Positions 51,373 through 60,905 of a stretch of DNA of 60,905 nucleotides are shown in pieces. Below the pieces are notes generated by a model. The model saw only the letters and a program-made list of their open reading frames with translations. It was not told the origin of the DNA and searched no databases. Source of the stretch: Octopus bimaculoides (lineage: Eukaryota); assembly GCF_001194135.2 (NCBI RefSeq), contig NC_068993.1, forward strand, positions 14,399,473 through 14,460,377, given 5' to 3'. The number at the start of each line of letters is the position of its first letter. Position 1 is the stretch's first letter. The translations under genes and the position numbers were made by a program.

Positions 51373-52235
51373 ATAGGACAATATCCAAAACATAAGGAGT
51401 TATGAATTAGAGTGTCATTTTCATTAAACTGCAATCAGATTGATGTTTCTGCTGAGTACGTGTCCTAGTGTCCTTTCATGTAGCATTTATATGCATTTAG
51501 TTGATTCACTTGCATGGGAAAAACCTTAAACAATTCACTATAGGAATGTCTACCTTAGATGAATATATACTGTAACTGAATGTGTACGTACTCATACAAA
51601 TGTATTTGCGTAAAAATGTAAAAATTATTCAAAATATGAATGAAATAGAATGTGAATAGATATGTGTGTGTCGGTGTGTGTATGGGTGTATGCCTGTAGA
51701 AAAAAGAGAGAAAGGATATTGAGAAATGCAGACTAACAGGAAGACAGATTGAGAAGTGTGTTACCGAATAGGGAGATAGAAATGATGTCTGTGATTTGCA
51801 AACGAAAAGGTACGAAGATAATGAGTATTCACAGTATATATTGTTGGCGTTAAGAGATAAATGTGTTTGAAAGAATAGATACTAAAATCCATAGCTTATA
51901 CATACATCATTAAAATAAAAAAAAAACTTAGCAAGGAAAGGTGGAAATTAACTTGATTAAACGACAAGATATAATGAGAAGTATTATTAAATGATAAATT
52001 AATTAACGAAAATGTTTGGTAACAAAGATGTTGGATATATTAACTGAGAAATTATTTTATGAAATTGTGACGAGCATAATTAGGGTTATTAAATATTAAC
52101 AGAAAATATCGAAAGGATCTTTTCGTAAGCATTTTCAGAACATAATTGTAGGATGCAGCAGATTACACGAAATATATTAATATATAGACGTAGATAATCG
52201 ATAGCAGATGAATAGATAAGTAGATTTATTCTGAC

Positions 52236-52294
<59 letters not shown>

Positions 52295-52519
52295 NNNNNN
52301 NNNNNNNNNNNNNNNNNNNNNNNNNNNNNNNNNNNNNNNNNNNNNNNNNNNNNNNNNNNNNNNNNNNNNNNNNNNNNNNNNNNNNNNNNNNNNNNNNNNN
52401 NNNNNNNNNNNNNNNNNNNNNNNNNNNNNNNNNNNNNNNNNNNNNNNNNNNNNNNNNNNNNNNNNNNNNNNNNNNNNNNNNNNNNNNNNNNNNNNNNNNN
52501 NNNNNNNNNNNNNNNNNNN

Positions 52520-52570
<51 letters not shown>

Positions 52571-52699
52571 TAACATAAATAATATATAAATATATGCATA
52601 TATCCATACATATATGTACATACCTACGTCTATATGTATACATACATGCGTATATGTGTACAGGACATCACAAAAAATGTTAAACACAATGAGAAACGA

Positions 52700-52915
52700 A
52701 AATATTAAATTCGCTAGGTTGCATCTGGAGCCAAGAGTAAACCTCGAAAGTACGCTCTTCATCATTCGAATAATGCTTCTCCTTCAAAAAAGATTTCATG
52801 GCAGCAAATAGGTGGAAGTGAGATGGTGCAAGGTCGGGAGAGTAATGGGAAAGTGGCCGTAGTTGAGTGCTTTCATCTGGGCAACAAACGCATTGTGAAC
52901 TGAGATATTATCTTA
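52700..52915 (-). pseudogene. Mariner transposase C-terminal remnant
   Basis: Minus strand: DNISVHNAFVAQ (frameshift) PLSHYSPDLAPSHFHLFAAMKSFLKEKHYSNDEERTFEVYSWLQMQPSEF; YSPDLAP at 52844-52824. Confidence 0.85.
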
Positions 52916-53027
52916 GAGGTAATAGATTGTTGTATGTAATTCTAATGTGATTAATATTAGCTCCTAGTATATTTTTGGTAAAATAATTTCGAATTCGTTT
53001 AACTAGACTCAGTTGTTGACATATAAT

Positions 53028-53365
53028 GCAGAAGATGGTTTGTAAAATTCAGAAATGGAGATGAGATTTCAAATCTACTGTCAGCAATTAAAGCGTTTCA
53101 ACGCTTCTTTGAAGGAAAAAAAAGGCCTATTTTAGTAAATCGAAAGGGAGTGGTGTTTCATCAGGAATATGCAAGACCCCACACTGCAAAGATAACGTCA
53201 CAGAAGATTGAGGAACTTGGCTGAGAGAAAATTGTTTATCCAGTAGATGTAAAGATGTCAGAGAAAATCATGGGAACTATGTTGACGATCAAGTTTCATT
53301 AAACTGTAAGATTTGATCACTTGTTTTCCTTATTTAACATCCGGATATTACTTATGGGATAACTT
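53028..53365 (+). mobile_element. Internally deleted mariner (mellifera-like) with 3' TIR remnant
   Basis: RRWFVKFRNGD fused to IYCQQLKRFNASLKE(K)RPILVNRKGVVFHQEYARPHTAKITSQKIEELG*E, then ENHGNYVDD; ends ATTACTTATGGGATAAC followed by (TA)n. Confidence 0.85.
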
Positions 53366-53517
53366 TATATATATATATATATATATATATNNNNNNNNNN
53401 NNNNNNNNNNNNNNNNNNNNNNNNNNNNNNNNNNNNNNNNNNNNNNNNNNNNNNNNNNNNNNATACACATACATACCCATATATGTGTGTGTGTGTGGAT
53501 GTATGTATATGCATATA

Positions 53518-53683
53518 TGACGGGCTTCTTTCAGTTTTCCGTCTACCAAATCCACTCACAAGTCTTTGGTCGGCCCGAGGCTACAGTAGAAGACACTTGT
53601 CCAAGGTGTCACGCAGTGGGACTGAGCCCGGAACGATGTGGCTGGCAAGCAAACCACTTACCATACAGCGTTTCCAGCGCCTA
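53518..53683 (-). mobile_element. SINE family A, 5' half
   Basis: GACGGGCTTCTTTCAGTTTTCCGTCTACCAAATCCACTCACAAG...GTAGAAGACACTTGTCCAAGG...GGGACTGAGCCCGGAAC...CTTACCATACAGC...GCGCCTA is the reverse complement of 50751-50910. Confidence 0.9.
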
Positions 53684-53697
53684 AACACACACATACA

Positions 53698-53755
<58 letters not shown>

Positions 53756-54395
53756 GATAGAAGAATCCTGAAAGGTGACCCGGACTGAAGTGGGACTGAA
53801 GTGGGAATATAAGTACCACACCTTATTTTGGCCGCTGCATTTGCTATTCCCCAAATTATTCGCTCGCTAGCTAAACTAATATTGCCAGGGTATAGGTCTC
53901 CTTTATATATTTCTTTTGAATTTCAAGTAAACTCTCTCATCTTGCATAATATATTTTGCAAAATAAGCATGAATTCCTGACAGTACAAAAATAGCGAAGG
54001 AGAAAATTTAACCTTCAAATTGATGACAAGAGCGATGTATATGTATACATAAGATAGTATATATTAGATTCCCATATTGATTATTTATATTCATTTTAAG
54101 GTTCCGGTTCATAAATACACAAACGGAGACATTGTTAGTATAGACAATGACACATAAACAGAAAAAGGAAGTTGATATATTCATTTCTAACTTCAGCAAG
54201 TTAAAATCGAGAGTGTGAATACAGTTGTGTACTGATGGTTGTGGTGTGACTGCTAATATCGTATGTAAATAAACACTCGCTGAATTACATGAAGAATGAA
54301 CAGATACCAGATGATCATGAATAGGATTTGTATGAATATATGCATACTGCATAACGCACACATACATACTTACACATGTATATTTATATATAATT

Positions 54396-54430
<35 letters not shown>

Positions 54431-54440
54431 NNNNNNNNNN

Positions 54441-54474
<34 letters not shown>

Positions 54475-54646
54475 ACATACATACATATCCATGTGTGCGT
54501 GTGTGTACATGGATATATGTATGTGTGTATGTATATACGCATGTATGTATGTGTGTACGTACGTATGAGTGTGTGTTTGCATGTCCTTTGTGTTAGATAC
54601 ATAGATAAATAATAAATAATAGGAAGCCATTTTGCTAGTCAGATAG

Positions 54647-55038
54647 GTTGTTGTTGTTGTTGGCACTCCGTCGCTTACGACGTCGAGGGTTCCAATTGAT
54701 CCGAACAACGGAACAGCCTGCTCGTGAAACGAACGTGCAAGTGGCTGAGCACTCCACAGACACGTGTACCCTTAACGTAGTTCTCGGGGATATTCAGCGT
54801 GACACAGTGTGACAAGCCTGACCGTTTGAATTACGGGCACAACAGAAGCAGGAAGTAAGAGTGAGAGAAAGTTGTGGTGAGAGAGTACAGCATGGTTCAC
54901 CACCATCCCCTGCCGGAGCCTCGTGGAGCTTTAAGTGTTTCGCTCAATAAACACTCACAAAGCCCGGTCTGGGAATCGAAACCGCGATCCTATGACCGCG
55001 AGTCCGCTGCCATAACCACTGGGCCATTGCGCCTCCAC
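54647..55038 (-). mobile_element. tRNA-derived SINE family C, full length, (CAA)n tail
   Basis: Minus strand starts GTGGAGGCGCAATGGCCCAGTGGTTATGGCAGCGGACTCGCGGTCATAGGATCGCGGTTTCGATTCCC (A- and B-box); ends in (CAA)n (plus-strand GTTGTTGTTGTTG at 54647). Confidence 0.85.
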
Positions 55039-57040
55039 CGTCAGATAGGTAGCTAGCTAGTTAAAAGAATTAATAGAAAGAAATGACAGTCCATGTGTGT
55101 TTGTATGTATATGAATCTTCGAAAAATCTATATACACGTATGTATATATATAAAGAAAGACTATACAAACGATCCCGTTTATGTGTGAAAATGGCGAAAG
55201 CATGAGTTTGGCTCGGCAAAAACACTTTCAAAGAAATTTGCACAGACTTCTAGACCCGATATGGTTATGATGTTGCTTACTGATTTCTGTTTCTATCTGC
55301 ATTGTAATAAACATCGAATCGATTCTGTCCCGTTCTTTGTTGCATGATACTGAGATACCCAGTATTTTGCCTCTAACCATGGGTGGAAGTCATGCATTTA
55401 GAGATTGTGATGCTCTTAGCCTGCATTCATCTTGCGACATGTGTATTCCTCTTTCCGCCCCTTTGTTGCTTAGTGATTTTGCAAATTTATCAGTCCTCTG
55501 TCATGGCCTCAGCTGGCTTGCTGTCTTCCCTGAGGGTAAACAGGTTTTACCGTTTGATGATAGCTTTAATTACAGGAAAAATTGGTATCACTTAAAGAAG
55601 ATCAATATGAACTGTTTATATCAACCTTTTCTACTTTGGGTACTGGTTTGTTTTGGTATACGGTCTGCTCAGTTGAGTCTCCGTTGTGCTCCATTATAAG
55701 TGGCGGAGATTTTAACAGAGATGTGTCGTCTGATTATTGTACTATTTTACGTAACCTATTATTTGCTGCGTAATAAATCTTTTCCCAATGCTTTTCCGTT
55801 AGTATTTGCCTTTCATGACATTTGTGAAAAAGCCATTGATATTTCAGATGGCAGAAAAAAAAATTTACTTCATGACATCGACTATAGAAGTGGAGAAAAT
55901 TATTTACTAATCTTAATCAACAATACAACTGAAAAAGTGAAGTAAATTGACATTCAAGAATATTGAAGAACAAAAGAACATGGGGAAAAGCATCTATAAC
56001 CTGTGTCTGGACTTTAACCCAAAGAACCTGAAAATCTTTGCTAATATACTTCAAGATTTCTTCATAAAACTCCGAGAGCGACAGGAGAAAATACCATAGA
56101 AAAACATTTAATGGTAAAAAGAAAAAGTTGAGCTTAACCATTTTCAATAGAGAGAAGTACGCAAAACTACATAGAAAGATAAAAATTGCAAAGTTGTTAA
56201 ATATAAATGAAGAAACTATTCAGCATATAGCAATTTCTAAGAAATTCCGAATTTTATAAAACAGAAATGAATATTTTCACATCATTAGCCCCCATATTTA
56301 CACATATTTTACGCAAAACTTACAGAGAAATTCTAAATGCCAAACAGGTATGAAAAACAAAGAATAATGGCATGACACTGTCAATGAATTCGAGCGTCTT
56401 ATACAAGAAAACTTTAGCGACGGTAAAATAAAAATCTCAATTATCCAACATATATTATGCTACCGTTTCAGCAATATGGTGAGTCTAAAAGAAAATAGGA
56501 AGGCAGAAAACACAAGGTATAAATTATAAGCATATATATATCAACCTCAAATACACACGGCTTTGTAATATATTATAAACGGTATTGCAAGCGTGTTCTA
56601 CGATGAAGCGTTCTTAATAAAGACATCTCTAGCGCACTGCTTTCAATGTCAGTGTAAATGAAGTGGAATAATTTTTAGTGATTTTTGTTTTGTATTTAAT
56701 ATTGTCGTTTGGAATTATGTGTAAAATAAACATGGCATTTTGTAATTCTTTATGCAAAAAACATTTACTTAGTTTTCGATGCATACTTTTCACATATGAT
56801 CTAATTTTACGAATGTTTAAAACTTTCTCCTCTTTCATACTGGCTATCTCTCTCTATCTCTCTGTCTCTCTATCTCTGTCTCTCTATCTCTGTATCACTC
56901 TCTCTCTCTCTCTGGCTCCCATCTCTCTCCCTCTCTCTCTTTCTCTCTTTCACAATAATTGATAGATAGATAAATTGATGGATAGATAGACATGTATGTC
57001 TGTAGGAATATATAATGTGCATATGTCAACAGGCATATAA

Positions 57041-57080
<40 letters not shown>

Positions 57081-57147
57081 TTGTGTGTGTGTGTATATGT
57101 GTGGTTGGGTGTGTGTGTGTGCGTGTGTGTGTGCGTGTGTGTGTGTG

Positions 57148-57186
<39 letters not shown>

Positions 57187-58845
57187 GGATCTATTTATGT
57201 ATGTAGGTAGGCAGGTATGTATATACGCATGTATTTACGTATGTATGCTTGTGTTTCTGTATGTGTATATGTATGTACGTAACCATCATGATGCAAGCAC
57301 ATACTTATGTACGTGTACACGTGCTCATTAAAAGACAGAAAGAATTGAAATATTATCTCTCAATTATAGATCTTGAGCAAACAATATATTTAGATGTCAG
57401 TTCTCATGTCAGAAAATTGCGAAATATCGAACAAAAAGAACATATATGTTATGTATGTAAGTTTGCATACATATATACATACATAACGACATGTGTACAC
57501 ATATATTATATGCATATATTTATTTATATAGTTATATATATATATATATATATATATATNNNNNNNNNNNNNNNNNNNNNNNNNNNNNNNNNNNNNNNNN
57601 NNNNNNNNNNNNNNNNNNNNNNNNNNNNNNNNNNNNNNNNNNNNNNNNNNNNNNNNNNNNNNNNNNNNNNNNNNNNNNNNNNNNNNNNNNNNNNNNNNNN
57701 NNNNNNNNNNNNNNNNNNNNNNNNNNNNNNNNNNNNNNNNNNNNNNNNNNNNNNNNNNNNNNNNNNNNNNNNNNNNNNNNNNNNNNNNNNNNNNNNNNNN
57801 NNNNNNNNNNNNNNNNNNNNNNNNNNNNNNNNNNNNNNNNNNNNNNNNNNNNNNNNNNNNNNNNNNNNNNNNNNNNNNNNNNNNNNNNNNNNNNNNNNNN
57901 NNNNNNNNNNNNNNNNNNNNNNNNNNNNNNNNNNNNNNNNNNNNNNNNNNNNNNNNNNNNNNNNNNNNNNNNNNNNNNNNNNNNNNNNNNNNNNNNNNNN
58001 NNNNNNNNNNNNNNNNNNNNNNNNNNNNNNNNNNNNNNNNNNNNNNNNNNNNNNNNNNNNNNNNNNNNNNNNNNNNNNNNNNNNNNNNNNNNNNNNNNNN
58101 NNNNNNNNNNNNNNNNNNNNTATATATTGATGCATACACAGACATAAGTTCACACAAACATGCATATTTATTCATACATAACGTACGTTCGGTTCTTCTT
58201 AATTCGACTTTTATAGACGAACACTGTAATACGATTATAATAATAATCTGGAATTCTCTTTATTTTCCGAAATGTCAAATTAACGTTTCATTATTTTCAA
58301 ATATATGTCACAATAGAAACATTTCGCTGACTATAAATTTAAGTCCATCTTAATAAATTTCGTATAAGCATTGTAACCAGACAATTTACTCGTTGTAAAC
58401 GTTACTTCATTTTGCATCAGTCTTGTAGCTATTAAGCAATGTATTACAACATTATTAAATGAAAAGTTTAAAGCTTGTTTCCTGTTTTATCGACAACAAA
58501 TTATTTATCGCATATAGTTATCAGAAATACATAAGTAAAAGCAGTGTAATAATTTATACAAGTTAAAAGTATACTCTTGAAATTACGTATATTAAAGTAT
58601 TTAAATTTACATGAATGTACATCACAGCATGACTATATATAGGGTAAATACTATATAACTAACGATGGGAACTAACAGAATGCAAGCAGTCGAGTAACGT
58701 ACACAATGGAGATTTAATGCAAATGTATATAAACGTTCTTTTTAAAATTATTTACTATTTGTTTGCTTATTTACTACGCGTTTCTGTTAGAAGTATATAC
58801 ATGTCACATTTACCATTTGGTGTCATTTCATTAAATCTTGAAAAT

Positions 58846-58877
<32 letters not shown>

Positions 58878-59543
58878 CATGTATGCATGTATGTATATAT
58901 ATATATATATATATATATTTAGATGTATATATATGTATGTATATATATANNNNNNNNNNNNNNNNNNNNNNNNNNNNNNNNNNNNNNNNNNNNNNNNNNN
59001 NNNNNNNNNNNNNNNNNNNNNNNNNNNNNNNNNNNNNNNNNNNNNNNNNNNNNNNNNNNNNNNNNNNNNNNNNNNNNNNNNNNNNNNNNNNNNNNNNNNN
59101 NNNNNNNNNNNNNNNNNNNNNNNNNNNNNNNNNNNNNNNNNNNNNNNNNNNNNNNNNNNNNNNNNNNNNNNNNNNNNNNNNNNNNNNNNNNNNNNNNNNN
59201 NNNNNNNNNNNNNNNNNNNNNNNNNNNNNNNNNNNNNNNNNNNNNNNNNNNNNNNNNNNNNNNNNNNNNNNNNNNNNNNNNNNNNNNNNNNNNNNNNNNN
59301 NNNNNNNNNNNNNNNNNNNNNNNNNNNNNNNNNNNNNNNNNNNNNNNNNNNNNNNNNNNNNNNNNNNNNNNNNNNNNNNNNNNNNNNNNNNNNNNNNNNN
59401 NNNNNNNNNNNNNNNNNNNNNNNNNNNNNNNNNNNNNNNNNNNNNNNNNNNNNNNNNNNNNNNNNNNNNNNNNNNNNNNNNNNNNNNNNNNNNNNNNNNN
59501 NNNNNNNNNNNNNNNNNNNNNNNNNNNNNNNNNNNNNNNNNNN

Positions 59544-59581
<38 letters not shown>

Positions 59582-59699
59582 ACGGGTGAGAAGCAGTTCC
59601 TCGCTTCGGGTAAAAGAACATACAGATAGATCAGTTAATTATGATATAATTCAATATGTTCCCCTGTCAGTCCTTCAAATTTTCTAACATCTGTAAACC

Positions 59700-60062
59700 T
59701 CGGAAGGCTGGGACTACAACCTGACTGCTACAGTGACATTGAACATGCTTCGCAAGCTTACAACGTCGAGGCAATGGGTGGTATGCAATGTTTCCAATCG
59801 CAGAGGCGCTTCAAAAAAGGAGGAATATCCGTGACTGACCTGCCATGAGCATCGCCCCCGGAAATGTGGTATTGTGCATCGAGAATTCGTCTCCCAGTGC
59901 CAGACCGCCAATCGAAAGTTCTACTGCGATATTTAGACATTCGGCGAAATCGATCGAATCCGTGGACCGCGAAGAATTGGACTCTTCATTACAATAGCAA
60001 CATGCTGTCGCTTCAGGAGTCAGATCTTGCACCTGTGGACTTCTATCTCTTCCTCCAAGGTA
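59700..60062 (+). pseudogene. Multiply deleted mariner transposase remnant (irritans-like)
   Basis: EHASQAYNVEAMGGMQCFQSQRRFKKGGISVTD (HTH region), GIVHREFVSQCQTANRKFYCDI (from 59868), PWTAKNWTLHYNSN, SDLAPVDFYLF, all within about 370 bp. Confidence 0.82.
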
Positions 60063-60197
60063 AAAATGGTTATAAACGTAAAAGAGTTCTACGTAACAAT
60101 GTCTAAAGGGTATGTAAGTTATTTCACGTGAAATAAAGATAAATTCTGTTATCAATCATGGCCAGCTATATGGAATTTCCTCACCAGTAGTTAATAC

Positions 60198-60482
60198 TGT
60201 GAAGGCGCATGGCTTAAGGATTATAACATCGGGTCTGCAATCATGATGTAGTGAGATCGATTCCCCGACCGAGCTATGTGTTGTCTTCTTCGACATGCTG
60301 ATATTTCATGTTGATACTGTTCTTTCAGCTGTAGAAATGAATTCCGATGTCCTTGATGCCGAGCTGTGTCAGTCGATGTCTTTCTCGGTGACATGGAATG
60401 GGGAGGCTGGTATGCATGGGCGACTGCTGATCTTCCATAAACAGCCATACTGCCTTGGAAGGTAAATTTCTAGGTGCAATTC
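60198..60482 (+). mobile_element. tRNA-derived SINE family D, degenerate
   Basis: TGTGAAGGCGCATGGCTT...GAGATCGATTCCCCGACCGAGCTATGTGTTGTCTTCTT head similar to family C; body ends GGAAGGTAAATTTCTAGGTGCAA. Confidence 0.75.
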
Positions 60483-60683
60483 GGACCTACTTCCATGCCT
60501 ATGTTTTGATATTTTCCCCAAATATTACATTCTGGAATTTTAGACAAAATCAACGTCGACGAATGCACGGATATATGTAATTGCCACATATATGAGTTCT
60601 TAACATTCATATTAATGAATAGATATAACATTTTTTATTCATTACGGCCAGCTGTATGACATTTCCTCGCCAGTACTTAAAAC

Positions 60684-60800
60684 TGTGAAGGCGCATGGCT
60701 TTCGAATTAGAGCATCGGGTTCGAAACCATGAGGTAGTGAGATCGATTCCCGGACCGAGTTATGTGTTGTGTTCTTCGAAAAGACACTTTATTTCATGTT
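60684..60800 (+). mobile_element. SINE family D, second (5') copy
   Basis: TGTGAAGGCGCATGGCTT...GAGATCGATTCCCGGACCGAGTTATGTGTTGTGTTCTTCGAAAAGACACTTTATTTCATGTTG; shares about 38 bp of upstream flank with the 60198 copy. Confidence 0.78.
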
Positions 60801-60855
60801 GATGGATAGATAGACATGTATGTCTGTAGGCATATATAATGTGCATATGTCAACA

Positions 60856-60905
<50 letters not shown>

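Larger units (their letters stand above)
56975..60862 (+). repeat. 64-bp direct duplication (56975-57038 and 60799-60862)
   Basis: TTGATGGATAGATAGACATGTATGTCTGTAGG[A/C]ATATATAATGTGCATATGTCAACAGGCATATA, one mismatch. Confidence 0.9.

Overview
Eukaryotic, very AT-rich, microsatellite-dense genomic DNA from a fragmented short-read assembly: 19 N-gaps totalling about 6.7 kb, most bordered by (TA)n. The SINE families and repeat landscape point to a cephalopod, most likely Octopus (inference from recalled repeat families, not a database hit). I recognise no intact host protein-coding gene. Almost all listed ORFs are microsatellite or N-gap artefacts. Supportable features: at least four tRNA-headed SINE families (about 15 copies or fragments); a 5'-truncated R4/Dong-like non-LTR retroelement plus a second tail-only copy, both inside (TAA)n; decayed Penelope-like RT and GIY-YIG fragments; three mariner transposase remnants; a Helentron/DINE-type non-autonomous element; a long foldback (inverted-repeat) element scrambled next to an assembly gap. 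The most interesting signal is a set of short, (TA)n-associated, Penelope-terminal-repeat-like segments on the minus strand carrying minimal hammerhead-ribozyme-like motifs with non-canonical cores (CCGACGA and CUGUNGA instead of CUGANGA) and, in two of the three main copies, the ACGU palindrome expected of dimer-cleaving hammerheads. Several splice-site-bounded open frames are listed only as hypotheses.
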